Position numbers and translations under genes: made by a program. A DNA stretch of 64,000 bases, taken from assembly GCA_963675745.2 (NCBI GenBank), contig CAXXWX010000006.1, forward strand, positions 64,001 through 128,000, written 5' to 3'. The stretch is from Phycisphaerae bacterium (GTDB lineage: Bacteria; Planctomycetota; Phycisphaerae; UBA1845; Fen-1342). Of this stretch, positions 41,136 to 51,532 are shown piece after piece (position 1 is the first letter of the stretch; every line of letters starts with the position of its first letter). The notes below the pieces were generated by a model. It was given only the letters and a program-made list of their open reading frames with translations. It ran no database searches and was not told the origin of the DNA.

Positions 41136-41819
41136 TCAGTCTCCAGTACCGGCTTCGTGTTTGGCGCTGGAGGTCGAGACGTTCAGTTCCTGACCGCGCA
41201 GTAACCTGCGGATATTCTCGTGATGGCGCGCGATGATCAGCAATCCCAAAGCGGCGGCGACAACCACCAGCGGCCAGCACGCCGCCAGCGGCACGCCGGA
41301 GATCGGCACGGCATAAGTGAACACCGCGACCGGAAACACAACAGCGATGGCGAGCGACCCGAGCGAGACCTTGCCGCTGGCCAAGCGCACAGCGAAGTAA
41401 GCCACCAGGGCGACGACCATTGCCACGGTGAAGTACGGGAATACACCCAGCGCCACGCCGATCGTCGTCGCCACACCCTTGCCGCCTCGAAATGCCAGGT
41501 ACGCGGGATACAGGTGTCCGAGGACGGCGGCCACGCCGACCGCCAGCCAGGCGAGCCAGGCGCCGGCAGCCGGATCCTGGGGGACGCAGAAGAGGCCGAA
41601 TAGCAGGGTCGGCGCCAGGCCCTTAAGTATGTCTAGCACCAGGCACAAGATGCCCCAGCGCCGCCCGAGGACGCGCCCCGCGTTGGTGGCACCGATGTTG
41701 CGGCTGCCGTGCTGGCGAATGTCAACGCCCCGCATTTGCCCGATGATGAATCCAAACGGCACCGCGCCCAGCAGATAAGCGCCGAGCACGAACACCAGGA
41801 CAAGGACGATTGAAGGCAT
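41136..41819 (-). CDS. plsY: Glycerol-3-phosphate acyltransferase PlsY
   Basis: YLLGAVPFG, GS.NIGATN, DILKG, GH.YP...F.GGKGVAT, RH.ENIRR. Confidence 0.96.
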   Translation of the reverse strand: MPSIVLVLVFVLGAYLLGAVPFGFIIGQMRGVDIRQHGSRNIGATNAGRVLGRRWGILCLVLDILKGLAPTLLFGLFCVPQDPAAGAWLAWLAVGVAAVLGHLYPAYLAFRGGKGVATTIGVALGVFPYFTVAMVVALVAYFAVRLASGKVSLGSLAIAVVFPVAVFTYAVPISGVPLAACWPLVVVAAALGLLIIARHHENIRRLLRGQELNVSTSSAKHEAGTGD

Positions 41820-41906
41820 CAACGGCTCCATCGCTGCCGCCGGTGGACCCGGCGCTGGTGAAGCAGGTTAGCGTGGGCGGTGAGACGTGGAAAGCCGGCC
41901 GCGCAG

Positions 41907-42119
41907 CTAATCGTCATCGCGACGGATACGAAGCCAGCGCGGGCGCAGTTGATCGCGCAGCCTGTCGGTCATGCGCAGTCCCATACCACGGGTTTGCTGG
42001 CGATAGATGTGGCGCTGGACATCAGCGACACTTGCGCGTGGTCGGCGACGGGAAGCCAGCCAGGCGCCGAGTGACCAGCACCAGGCCACGACTCTCGCGT
42101 GCCAACTGCGGCGTGTCAA
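41907..42119 (-). CDS. Small Arg-rich hypothetical protein
   Basis: TTG start overlaps upstream TGA; fills the gap to plsY. Confidence 0.35.
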   Translation of the reverse strand: MTRRSWHARVVAWCWSLGAWLASRRRPRASVADVQRHIYRQQTRGMGLRMTDRLRDQLRPRWLRIRRDDD

Positions 42120-42709
42120 CGCTGGACGGCCTGCCTCACGCTGCCGAAGACTTCGTCGGCGGAACGGGATGGTATCGCGGGTTCGCTCCATAGCTGCATT
42201 TTGTCGATGACCCGTTGGGTCTGCTCGCGATAGTTCGTCACGTGACTTGGCCCGCCCTCCGCCGTATCACCCCCCGCGTAGTCAAACGCCAGCAGCCAGC
42301 GGCTCATCTCGCTTTCATACTCCGCCGGGTAAACCAGGGCCGTCACGTAGCGACCACGCTGGGCCTGGCGTCCGCGGTCGGCGAGTTGCGCCGTCGCGCG
42401 GCAGGGTGGCGCCTCAATGTCCGCGATGGCGCGCAGCACCGAGAAGTCCTCGTGGGCCAGCTTCAAGTCGTCACGATAGAAGAACATCCCGCTCTCGAGC
42501 TCAAAGCGCGTCCGCGGAACGCCGCGCAGCTCGACCTGTCCCTCCGGCGAGGCATTCTGAATCTGGTACACCTTTCCATCGCGATACTGTTCGTTTTCGA
42601 GGAGCATCGCGATTTCCTCGGCGGTGTATCCGACGGCGCACCACTGTCCGAAGTCGAACACGTACAGTCCCTTGTAGCGAGGTGGCACCTCAAGCGCAGG
42701 TAGTTGCAT
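42116..42709 (-). CDS. Hypothetical protein
   Basis: 197 aa globular ORF, GGGAG RBS, TATAAT at 42756-42761. Confidence 0.75.
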   Translation of the reverse strand: MQLPALEVPPRYKGLYVFDFGQWCAVGYTAEEIAMLLENEQYRDGKVYQIQNASPEGQVELRGVPRTRFELESGMFFYRDDLKLAHEDFSVLRAIADIEAPPCRATAQLADRGRQAQRGRYVTALVYPAEYESEMSRWLLAFDYAGGDTAEGGPSHVTNYREQTQRVIDKMQLWSEPAIPSRSADEVFGSVRQAVQR

Positions 42710-42798
42710 GCGAATTTGCTCCCGCAGACAGGTTCAGCAGAAGTTCACAAGTGCGATTATAGCCTGTCCGCGGGCGGTGTTGTGCGCAAAATGGGTGG

Positions 42799-42855
42799 AA
42801 AAGAAAGGGGTGGGCGAGCCGAGCATGGGCGTTGGCGGGACTCGACTCGCCCTAC
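42799..42855 (-). terminator. Intrinsic terminator-like hairpin
   Basis: GGGCGAGTCGAG...CTCGGCTCGCCC stem followed by CCCCTTTCTTTT. Confidence 0.6.
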
Positions 42856-42887
42856 ATCAGGGGAACGGAGGCTCACTAAATCCAGGC

Positions 42888-43056
42888 CGACAGGCCGCTC
42901 CAAAGAACGACCCTGGCCCTTGAGTCGGCTCGGCGCCTACGGGCTCGTAACGGCCCCGCCCGGATCTTCCTTACCCTAAGCGGGGCAGCTCGTCCGTGAG
43001 CACGTCACGAGCCGACTCACAATTTCAGACGACCGCCGTCCAAAGCGGCTGTTCCA
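42888..43056 (-). ncRNA. Candidate structured ncRNA (unassigned; 6S-like size)
   Basis: 12-bp perfect stem 43019-43008/42932-42921, inner GCCCCGC/GCGGGGC stem, G-U-rich flanking helices on minus strand, no credible ORF. Confidence 0.45.
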
Positions 43057-43123
43057 GCGTGGCGCTACGCGTTGACCTGTTCGGCAGCGGCCGTCTTTGT
43101 TTCACTTCAACCCGCGCCTCACG

Positions 43124-43696
43124 TCAGGCTTGCGGCGCACGCCTGGCCGCGCGGGGCATCTCCACTTGCTCACCGAGCAGACCCCAGGTGAGCAGTTCAT
43201 TATGTACCAGTTCCTCGAGCAAGCCGGCGGTGATCACCCGGTAACCCAGGTTGAGCACGCGCATTTCCAACTCGCCGGCGATGATCCGCGCCGTGTCGTG
43301 CATGACGCCGTACCGCTTCTCGAGCAGGGTGACCAGCGCCGCCTTACGCCAGGGGCGCGGGCCGCGCTTTGAGTGTCGGCGTTGAACTTGGACGCTGTGG
43401 CGTTTGACTCGGCGCCAACGGCGATGCGCGGCCAATACGTCCGCGACGTCCGACAACCCAGTTTGCTTCAGAACGGCCTGCACGCAACGGAAGAGATATT
43501 CCGACGTCGGCGGCCGCGGCTCGTCCCAGTATTGAAGATGGACTTCGACGGCCTGCACCAGCGGTTCGGAAAGCTTGGGATCGTAGTGGCACGCGCGCAT
43601 CGCCACGGCGACCATGCGGCGCAGCTTGGCGGGCGCAAACAACTCCTGCGTCCCGTCGTGCTTGGCGATGAGAATGGACTTCTTGGCCGTCCTCAC
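43124..43696 (-). CDS. Stand-alone tandem ATP-cone-like protein
   Basis: IAKHDGTQELF...KL...V..VL...G..DVA (cone 1); PW.KA.LV..L...G.....AR.IA.E.E.RV...G...IT..LL.ELV.NEL..WG (cone 2); GTGA overlap with nrdR. Confidence 0.7.
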   Translation of the reverse strand: MRTAKKSILIAKHDGTQELFAPAKLRRMVAVAMRACHYDPKLSEPLVQAVEVHLQYWDEPRPPTSEYLFRCVQAVLKQTGLSDVADVLAAHRRWRRVKRHSVQVQRRHSKRGPRPWRKAALVTLLEKRYGVMHDTARIIAGELEMRVLNLGYRVITAGLLEELVHNELLTWGLLGEQVEMPRAARRAPQA

Positions 43697-44202
43697 GACT
43701 TCGCACCTTCCTCAAACAGACTCCGTTGCCCCGGGATGTCTTCGGCGCGTCGCTCGATGACATCCCGGGCTTCGTCAATGAAGTCGCCGACGTCTTCGAA
43801 CTTTCGGTAAACGCTCGCAAACCGAACGTAAGCCACTTGATCCACTCGCCGCAACACCGCCGCTATGCGCTCGCCGATGGTCTGGCTGGCGACTTCCTTC
43901 TCAAAGTTCGCAATCACGTACTCCTCGACCTCGTCCGCGATCTGGTCGAGTCGTTCGGACGAAATCGGCCGCTTGTAAGCCGCGTGCCGAATCCCGTCCA
44001 TGATTTTCCCGCGGTCATAGGGGACACGTGTCCCGTCGCGCTTGATGACCGAAAGCCGAATGGCCTCTTCGATCCGTTCATAGGTTGTGTAGCGTCGGCC
44101 GCACTTGAGACACTCGCGTCGCCGGCGGACACATTGGCCCACATCACGCGATCGCGAGTCCACGACTTTGTCGTCGTCTTCATGGCAAAACGGACACCGC
44201 AT
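43693..44202 (-). CDS. nrdR: Transcriptional repressor NrdR
   Basis: MRCPFC, VVDSR, RRRREC..C..RYTTYE, VIKRDG, AYVRFASVY. Confidence 0.97.
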   Translation of the reverse strand: MRCPFCHEDDDKVVDSRSRDVGQCVRRRRECLKCGRRYTTYERIEEAIRLSVIKRDGTRVPYDRGKIMDGIRHAAYKRPISSERLDQIADEVEEYVIANFEKEVASQTIGERIAAVLRRVDQVAYVRFASVYRKFEDVGDFIDEARDVIERRAEDIPGQRSLFEEGAKS

Positions 44203-44311
44203 GCATCCGTCACCCGTTGAACTGGGACACGCGACAAAACACGCCGCGCCAGATGACACCGCTTACACCAGCCACGACCCGCGCACCGCAGAACTGACAA
44301 GGCTGTGGCCA

Positions 44312-44362
44312 CACAACCCATTGTGCGAATATCAGCATAGAGCACAACATAATGTGTGTCAA
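44312..44362 (-). promoter_or_regulatory. Tandem NrdR-like boxes overlapping the sigma70 promoter of nrdR
   Basis: CACAACCCATTGTG (44312-44325) and CACAACATAATGTG (44343-44356), 31 bp apart; TTGACA-17-TATGCT (44362-44334). Confidence 0.8.
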
Positions 44363-44418
44363 TAGGAACTGTGATACCCGGGAAGACATTCCGCGCGAAT
44401 CCAGGTATAAACCGGCGC

Positions 44419-45336
44419 ATGGCCGCGTCGTTCGAAATCAACCACGAGGGCATTCGCATCGTCGGGTATTCCGCGGCCGGCGAGCAGACCTGGTTCGCGC
44501 TTCCCGAGCACGACATCGGCTTCGACTTTGGCCGGGCCCCGCGCGAACTGCTCTCCATCAACAACATTTTCCTGAGCCATGGACACATGGATCATGCGGC
44601 GGGGGTTGCGTATTACTTTTCACAACGCATGTTCATCGACAACGCCCCCGGGCGTCTCTACGCGCCCGACCCACTGCTCGATCCGATTCGCGAACTACTG
44701 CGAGTCTGGCGGGACATCGACGGGCAGGAGCCGCCGGCGTATTTACAGTCGGCCATCCCGGGCCAGGATATCGCCACGCGCCGCGACCTTCTCGTGCGGC
44801 CATTCGAGGTCAATCACCTGTGTCGCGGACGCACGGGACGCTTTCAAGCCCTCGGCTTCACGTTGATCGAGGTGCGCAAGAAGCTGAAGGACGAATATCA
44901 CGGGTTGATGGGCCCGCAAATCGTCGCGCTCAAGGAAAAAGGGATCGAGGTTACGCGCCGGATCGAGATGCCGCTGGTGACGTATTGCGGCGACACGGGC
45001 CCGGGGCCGTTCCTCGAGTTGGACTACGTGCGCAACAGCAAGGTGCTCTTGCTGGAATGCACGTTTGTGGAGGCCGAGCATCGCGAGCGCGCGCGCGCCG
45101 GAAACCACATCCACGTCCAGGATCTGGCGGAGATCTGTCCGAAGCTGAACAACGAACGAATAGTGCTGATCCACCTGACGCGGCGGACAAACCTGTCAAA
45201 CGCGAAGAAGGCATTGACCGCCGTATTGGGCAGCTCGATGGGCGACCGCGTGAGCTTTCTCGGTGAACACCGCCGCCGTCGCCGCCCCACCAATCACCAG
45301 CTACGTCAAGACACACCATCCACGCCGGGTGGCTAG
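44419..45336 (+). CDS. MBL-fold tRNase Z-like hydrolase
   Basis: FDFG..P, LSHGHMDH, KLK.EY.GL, Y.GDT, LLECTF, H.H. Confidence 0.8.
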   Translation: MAASFEINHEGIRIVGYSAAGEQTWFALPEHDIGFDFGRAPRELLSINNIFLSHGHMDHAAGVAYYFSQRMFIDNAPGRLYAPDPLLDPIRELLRVWRDIDGQEPPAYLQSAIPGQDIATRRDLLVRPFEVNHLCRGRTGRFQALGFTLIEVRKKLKDEYHGLMGPQIVALKEKGIEVTRRIEMPLVTYCGDTGPGPFLELDYVRNSKVLLLECTFVEAEHRERARAGNHIHVQDLAEICPKLNNERIVLIHLTRRTNLSNAKKALTAVLGSSMGDRVSFLGEHRRRRRPTNHQLRQDTPSTPGG

Positions 45337-45498
45337 TCAGGGTTTATTCGGCGTGGCAGGTTCGCCGTGACATCAACGTCGGCCCTCTGCTTGGTCCTCG
45401 AACTTTGCACAGCGTTTGGTGACGAACTGCCGGGAGCGGCCACAAGAGCCGCATCCTGACAGGCCCTTCCCGCCGCTCCTTGCTACAATCAGCGTGAT

Positions 45499-46449
45499 AT
45501 GAACGCATCGAAACACACATTGCCGATCGCGAAGGCCGAGCGGCCGCGACGCCGGTTGCCGGCCTGGTTGAAGCGCCCGCTGCCGGCGGGTGACGCGATG
45601 CTGAAGACGCGGCAGCTTGTCAACGGGTTGAAGCTTAACACCGTCTGCGTCGAGGCCCGTTGCCCGAACCTGACCGAATGCTGGACGCGGGGAACCGCCA
45701 CATTCATGATTCTCGGCGACTTGTGTACTCGGCGATGCCACTTCTGTGCCGTGACGACCAAGCGGCCGCTACCGCCGGAACCGGATGAGCCCGAACGTCT
45801 GGCCTCGGCCGCCGCACGCATGAACTTGCGACATGTTGTGATCACATCGGTCGCGCGCGATGACCTGCCCGATGAGGGCGCCGGACATTTCGCGGCGTGC
45901 ATTACCAAGACGCGCGAAAAACTGCCCGAGGCGACGATCGAAGTGCTGGTGCCGGATTTCCACGCCGACCGCGAGTTGATCAAGATCGTCACTGATGCGC
46001 AGCCGCGCGTGTATAACCACAACCTGGAGACGGTTGCCAGCCAGCAGAAGCGCGTGCGGCCCGGCGGACGTTATCAGCGCTCGCTGGACGTGTTGCGGAC
46101 TGCCAGGGAACTGGACGCGCGCATGTTGACCAAGAGCGGGTTGATGGTCGGACTGGGCGAGACCCGCGAGGAGCTGGCCGAGGCGATGAAGGACCTGCGC
46201 GGCGTGGACTGTGATCTGCTGACCATCGGGCAGTACTTGAAGCCCGGTGACCGGCACGCCGACGTGCAGCGATATTACACGCCCGCGGAGTTTGACGAGT
46301 TGGCGGAGGAAGCACGACGACTGGGATTCATGGGCGTGGCCAGCGGCCCGTTCGTGCGCAGCAGCTACTTCGCCGAGTCGCTGATCAGCGCGGTGGGGCA
46401 GGCTCCCACAGGCGGTGGGCCGGCTGATAATGTGTCCGGCGCGACCTAG
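45499..46449 (+). CDS. lipA: Lipoyl synthase
   Basis: CVEARCPNLTEC, CTRRCHFC, TIGQYL, VRSSY. Confidence 0.97.
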   Translation: MNASKHTLPIAKAERPRRRLPAWLKRPLPAGDAMLKTRQLVNGLKLNTVCVEARCPNLTECWTRGTATFMILGDLCTRRCHFCAVTTKRPLPPEPDEPERLASAAARMNLRHVVITSVARDDLPDEGAGHFAACITKTREKLPEATIEVLVPDFHADRELIKIVTDAQPRVYNHNLETVASQQKRVRPGGRYQRSLDVLRTARELDARMLTKSGLMVGLGETREELAEAMKDLRGVDCDLLTIGQYLKPGDRHADVQRYYTPAEFDELAEEARRLGFMGVASGPFVRSSYFAESLISAVGQAPTGGGPADNVSGAT

Positions 46450-46765
46450 CGTGTGCGATTACGGCATCGCGATCGGGAAGGTCCAAAAGCAGTTATTTGT
46501 TGCTCACGGTGTGGCTGACTTGTAGAATCAAGCATCAGAGCGTAATCGCCGTTCCGGTCGCAGATCATACGCCGGGTGGACTTGCGGCAGTATCGGTGTG
46601 GTGGAAGGGTTAGGCGTGCCGAGGCGCGTTGGCGTTGCGTACGCTGACGGGCCGGTGGTCGGCATGTCGAAACACGGTGCCGACAGGGCTGCAAGCACCC
46701 GTATCACCGGGGTTTAGCGCAGACCTGTGTCGTCTCCGTTGGGCAATCACGACAAGGAGTCCACA

Positions 46766-49063
46766 ATGCGTCTGCGCAGCACGGTAGCGGTAGCATCTCT
46801 CGTAATCCTGTTCGGCCTATCCGCGCCGCAGGTTCTGGTCGCTGAAGACACTTTTGACACGCCTTACTACTACACGTATTTCGATCAGCCGGTGTGGCTG
46901 GGCCTGCGCACCGACGCAGTGGCCGTCTTCAACGATGCAGGTATGGAGGTGCGTGGTGGCGAGCTGACCGCGGTTGGCAAGCTCGAGGCATTCGAAATCA
47001 TGGAGAGCGACTTGCAGCCGGTACCGGTCAACGGCTGGCAATTCGCCACGGTTCCGGCACCGGACGCGGCGAGCGTGGAGACGTGGGTTGCGACGCTGTC
47101 CGAGTCGGAGGCTGCCCAGTTTGTCTCCCCGGTTCTGTTGAACGAGTTCGGCCCGGTGATTATCACGCCGAAGATGTTCGTGCAGTTTGCCGAGGACATT
47201 ACCCCGGCGCAGGCCGACCTGTTGCTATCAAGCGTCAATGCCGGCGAAGTTATCGATCGCAGCTTTGGCGGCGTGGTAAATTCGTATCGCGTCCGCGCGA
47301 CGGCCGGCAATGGCTTTGACGTGTTGAACGCGGCCAACATCCTGGCCACGCTGCCCGAGGTGGTCTATGCCGAACCGGCCTTTGTCTGGCGCGGCAAGCT
47401 GGACTTGATCCCCAACGACACCTACTGGAACTACCTCTGGGGGCTGCACCAGACCAGCAACTACGACATGGACGCGCCCGCGGCCTGGGACATCAGCACC
47501 GGCAGCTCTGACATCAAGGTCATGATCATGGACCTGGGTATCCAGCAGGATCACCCGGACATCAACCAGATCCCCGGCATGGACTTCACCGGGCGCGATG
47601 TTCCCGGCGGCGGCCCCTACAACTACTGCGACAATCACGGCACGCAGGTTGCCGGTTGCGTCTCGGCGATCATCAACAATAGCATCGGGGTGGTCGGCAT
47701 CGCACCGGGCTGCAAGTCGGTATCGGCCAAGATCGGCGAGGCCGACACGCCGTGCAGCGTGTACTTCAGCGGCAGCTCCGAGTGGATCGCCAATGCGCTG
47801 TATTGGGCGCGCGACAACGGTTATCGCGTCAGCAGTGCCAGCATCTCGACCGGGACGTCCGGCGCGGTAACGGGCGCCTATAACACGACGCGCGGTGACG
47901 GGATGGTCCACTTCGCGGCCAGCGGCAACGACGGGGCCGGTACGGTCGATTACCCGGCCAGCCTTGCATCAGTCAACGCCATCGGCGCGATCAGCTCCAA
48001 CGGCAATCGGGCCAGTTTCAGCAACTACGGCACCGGACTGGCATTTGTCGCTCCTGGTAACAACATCTATACGACTGACCGCACCGGCTCGGCCGGCGAC
48101 TTCGGCGGCGATTATGCCTTCGGCGTGAGCGGCACGTCATTCTCCACGCCCTATGCCGCCGGTGTGGCGGCGATGGTGCTCTCGGTCAATCCGGCGATGA
48201 TTCCCGAGCATGTCGAGCAGGTGATGCAGGACAACGCCATGGACCGCGGCAGTGCCGGGTACGACACCGTTTACGGTTGGGGCATTGTCAAGGCGTACGG
48301 CTCGATGGTTGACGCTCAGAACTTCCAGACCGAGGTTACTGTGACCGTCAATTCGCTGCCGACCAGTGGCGCGTGGGTCAATACCATTCCAGCCGCCGAC
48401 CTCGACGGCCTTGGCAGCGGTTTCACCGATTTCACCCGCCGTTATGATGTCGATACGGGCATTCTCTACACCGCCGGTGCGACGCTGAACGGCGCGCCGT
48501 TCCTGGAGTGGCGCGTGGACGGTGTGCCGCAGGGCTCGAGCACTTCGGTGAGTCTCACGGTGAGCGACGACGTGGAGGTTACCTCGGTCTACGCCACGTC
48601 CATCTACGTTGATTCGGATCCGACCGGCGCGTACATCGCGATCGTGCCGACCACCGATGCACTCGGGGCCACGACCAGCGGGATTGCTCCGCGCGACCTG
48701 GCATTTGCCGATGGCACGTTGGTCACGCTGACCGCCTCGGCCACGCACGGCGAGCGTGAGTTTGTCGAGTGGCAACTGGGCGGCGTGCCAGTGTCGGCAA
48801 TCCCGACATACCAGTTCACCGTCAGCGGCAATGCCGCCCCGGTGGCGATCTACCAACTGACCGGGTACCCGGTCGGTGACCTCAACTGTGACGGCTTGAT
48901 CAACAACGGCGACATCGACCCGTTTGTTCTGGCGGTTACCGACGAGTCCGGCTACGCAGCGGCTTACCCCGAATGCGACCGAATGCTCGCTGACTGCAAC
49001 GGCGATACCCTGGTCAACAACGGTGACATCGACTCGTTCGTCGCGCTGCTTTCAGGGAAATAG
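46766..49063 (+). CDS. Secreted S8 subtilase with C-terminal dockerin-like domain
   Basis: Signal peptide; MDLG, HGTQVAG, GTSFSTP triad; duplicated DxNxDxxxNNGDID. Confidence 0.92.
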   Translation: MRLRSTVAVASLVILFGLSAPQVLVAEDTFDTPYYYTYFDQPVWLGLRTDAVAVFNDAGMEVRGGELTAVGKLEAFEIMESDLQPVPVNGWQFATVPAPDAASVETWVATLSESEAAQFVSPVLLNEFGPVIITPKMFVQFAEDITPAQADLLLSSVNAGEVIDRSFGGVVNSYRVRATAGNGFDVLNAANILATLPEVVYAEPAFVWRGKLDLIPNDTYWNYLWGLHQTSNYDMDAPAAWDISTGSSDIKVMIMDLGIQQDHPDINQIPGMDFTGRDVPGGGPYNYCDNHGTQVAGCVSAIINNSIGVVGIAPGCKSVSAKIGEADTPCSVYFSGSSEWIANALYWARDNGYRVSSASISTGTSGAVTGAYNTTRGDGMVHFAASGNDGAGTVDYPASLASVNAIGAISSNGNRASFSNYGTGLAFVAPGNNIYTTDRTGSAGDFGGDYAFGVSGTSFSTPYAAGVAAMVLSVNPAMIPEHVEQVMQDNAMDRGSAGYDTVYGWGIVKAYGSMVDAQNFQTEVTVTVNSLPTSGAWVNTIPAADLDGLGSGFTDFTRRYDVDTGILYTAGATLNGAPFLEWRVDGVPQGSSTSVSLTVSDDVEVTSVYATSIYVDSDPTGAYIAIVPTTDALGATTSGIAPRDLAFADGTLVTLTASATHGEREFVEWQLGGVPVSAIPTYQFTVSGNAAPVAIYQLTGYPVGDLNCDGLINNGDIDPFVLAVTDESGYAAAYPECDRMLADCNGDTLVNNGDIDSFVALLSGK

Positions 49064-49092
49064 CCACAGATTGAACTCACGATGCAACCACA

Positions 49093-49129
49093 AGCGGGCG
49101 ACACCGGCGACAAGACGGTGTCGCCCGCT
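49093..49129. terminator. Hairpin between convergent genes
   Basis: AGCGGGCGACACCG-N9-CGGTGTCGCCCGCT, 14-bp stem. Confidence 0.7.
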
Positions 49130-49189
49130 GTCTTGCGCCATGGGATATGCCAGGCCGCGGCTCGCGTGGCAGCGTTCTGCGGTGGCTGG

Positions 49190-51391
49190 TCACACCAGTC
49201 GGCGCAGTCGCAGGGAATTGGCGACAACTGTGAGTGAGCTGGCCATCATGGCGGCTGTGGCGGCGGCCGCCGGCAGTGCGGTGAAAACCGCGACCGGCAG
49301 CATTACCACGTTATACGCAACCGCCCATAGCAGATTCTGCTTCATGACTCGCGCGCTGATCCGCGAGAGTCGAATCGTCTCGGGAATCAGCCGCGGCGAG
49401 TGGCCGACCAGACAGATGTCCGCGGCCTCGCGCGCCACGTCGGCCCCGGTGCCAATGGCGATTCCCACAGTGGCGGCGGCCAACGCCGGCCCGTCGTTAA
49501 TCCCGTCGCCGACCATGACCGTGCGGCAGCCGTTGCTGACAAGGTCGCGCACGCGGGAGACCTTCTGCTCCGCTGTAAGTTCTGATTCGTAGGCTTTGAT
49601 ATTGAGCTGGCTCGCGAGGTGGCTCACGGTCAGGTGACGATCGCCGGAGAGGATCCGTACGATTACGCCCAGGCTCTTCAATGCGGTGATTGCTTCGGCT
49701 GATTCGGGATGAAGCTCGTCAGCGAATCGCAACGTGCCCGCCAGGCGCTCGCCGATCGCCAGCCACACCACGCTCTGCCCGTCGCCGGTCATCTGTTTGA
49801 CGTGTTCAGAGAGGGCGCCGCCGCGAACGCCACGCTCGATCAGCCATGCCCGGCTGCCCATGACGATCATGTGACCATCAACGACGCCGCAAAGGCCGGC
49901 TCCGGGCTTGGATGAGAAATCGTCAGGCTTCGGTGGCGTGACACCTTGGGCTAACGCCGCACTGACCATGGCCCGGGCCAGTGGATGCTCGCTGTGTTGC
50001 GCCAGGGCCGCCCCCCAGCGCAAGATATCCTCGCGCGAGCCCTCTCCGAGCACGTCGATCTCGGTCAGGGCGGGTTTGCCGAACGTCAGCGTTCCGGTTT
50101 TGTCGATCACGACCTCAACGGCCCCGCCGGCTGCCTCGAGGGCTGAGGGATCTCTCACGAGGATGCCCTTCTCGGCGGCGCGTGTCGTGCCGACCAGCAC
50201 GGCCGTCGGAATTGCCAGCCCCAGTGCGCATGGGCAGGCGACGACTAGAACCGCGATCGTGCGCTCCAGCGCCCAGATCATGTCAGCCTGGTCGCGCGTC
50301 AGCCAGAACAGCAGCGTAGCGCCGGCCAGCAATACCACGGCCGGTACAAACACCGAAGCGGCGCGATCGGCCAGGCGTTGCCAGGGTGGCTTGGCCGCCT
50401 GGGCATCGCTTATCAGGGCCGCTATCCGCGCCGCGGCCGAAGTCGCCCCGGTGCCGACCGCGCGGATGTCGGCGATGCCGTCCACGACGCGCGTGCCGCC
50501 AAAGACGCGCTCGCCGGCCGTGTGTTCCACCGGCAGCGGTTCGCCGGTCAACATCGATTCATCCACGCTGATTTGCCCCGACACTATCTCGCCGTCAACG
50601 GGGATGGCGGCGTGTGCCGCGGCGCGCACGATGTCGCCCACCGCGATAACGTCGATCGCGACTGTCTCGGCTTTGCCGTCAACCACGCGAATCGCATCAC
50701 GCGGTACGCGCTCCAGCAGGGCTTCGAAGGCCGCCGACGCCTGTCGCCGGGCGCGGGCTTCGAAGTACTTGCCCAGCGAGACGAACATGATGATCATCAC
50801 CGCCGCCTCAAACATCACCAGCTCGGGTTTGCCGAGGACCAGGCCGATCAGGCTGCTTGCGAAAGCCGTGGACGCGCCAAGCGTGACCAGCAGGTCCATG
50901 TTCGCGCGCGCGGCGCGCAAGCTGTGTACCGCCCCGGCCAGCATCGGAGCGGCCGCGCCGGCGAATACCGCCAGAGTCAGGATCGCCTGGATGATCCCGA
51001 CCGCGGTGGCGCCGATGCTCGTGACCAGCGACTGGGGAAGAAAGTGCGCAATGACAACCGGCAGCCCCAACACAAAGGCCAGCACGACCCGACGACGATG
51101 GCGAGACGTCTGTTCGGCACGCTCCCGTTCCCGCTCAATCGCGCTCGCCCCGAGTGCGGGGCGGGCCTCATAACCGGCGGCGCGCACCGCTGATGTGAGT
51201 GTGGTCTCGGCGCCGGTTTCGATTCCAGCGGCAAGCGTAACGGTGGCCAGCTCAGTGGCGAGATTGACGCTCGCATCAATCACGCCGGGTGCTTCCTTCA
51301 ATGCGCGCTCAACGGAGCTGACGCATCCGGCACAGCGCATGCCGCGCACCGAGAGTTCCACGCGCCTGGTGGTGTGAGTTTCCGACATCAT
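49190..51391 (-). CDS. copA: Cu(+)-type P1B ATPase
   Basis: GMRCAGC HMA, TGE, CPC, DKTGT, HP, GDGIND, YN, MxxSS. Confidence 0.93.
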   Translation of the reverse strand: MMSETHTTRRVELSVRGMRCAGCVSSVERALKEAPGVIDASVNLATELATVTLAAGIETGAETTLTSAVRAAGYEARPALGASAIERERERAEQTSRHRRRVVLAFVLGLPVVIAHFLPQSLVTSIGATAVGIIQAILTLAVFAGAAAPMLAGAVHSLRAARANMDLLVTLGASTAFASSLIGLVLGKPELVMFEAAVMIIMFVSLGKYFEARARRQASAAFEALLERVPRDAIRVVDGKAETVAIDVIAVGDIVRAAAHAAIPVDGEIVSGQISVDESMLTGEPLPVEHTAGERVFGGTRVVDGIADIRAVGTGATSAAARIAALISDAQAAKPPWQRLADRAASVFVPAVVLLAGATLLFWLTRDQADMIWALERTIAVLVVACPCALGLAIPTAVLVGTTRAAEKGILVRDPSALEAAGGAVEVVIDKTGTLTFGKPALTEIDVLGEGSREDILRWGAALAQHSEHPLARAMVSAALAQGVTPPKPDDFSSKPGAGLCGVVDGHMIVMGSRAWLIERGVRGGALSEHVKQMTGDGQSVVWLAIGERLAGTLRFADELHPESAEAITALKSLGVIVRILSGDRHLTVSHLASQLNIKAYESELTAEQKVSRVRDLVSNGCRTVMVGDGINDGPALAAATVGIAIGTGADVAREAADICLVGHSPRLIPETIRLSRISARVMKQNLLWAVAYNVVMLPVAVFTALPAAAATAAMMASSLTVVANSLRLRRLV

Positions 51392-51532
51392 GTCGCACGA
51401 TGATAGTGGGAAGGCCGGGTGGTGGGCAATTCGCTCGGGCAGCGCCGATTGGGCAGCCTAGCCCGAAATGCCGACGCCCGGCGCGACTCGATGTGAATCG
51501 CGCCGGGCGCTGGTGTTTGAGCGGTTTACTAC

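Noticed and set aside
42921..43019. SRP RNA or cobalamin riboswitch identity for the structured region
   Set aside because: Lacks the SRP CAGG/GNRA/AGCA helix-8 motif and B12-box elements
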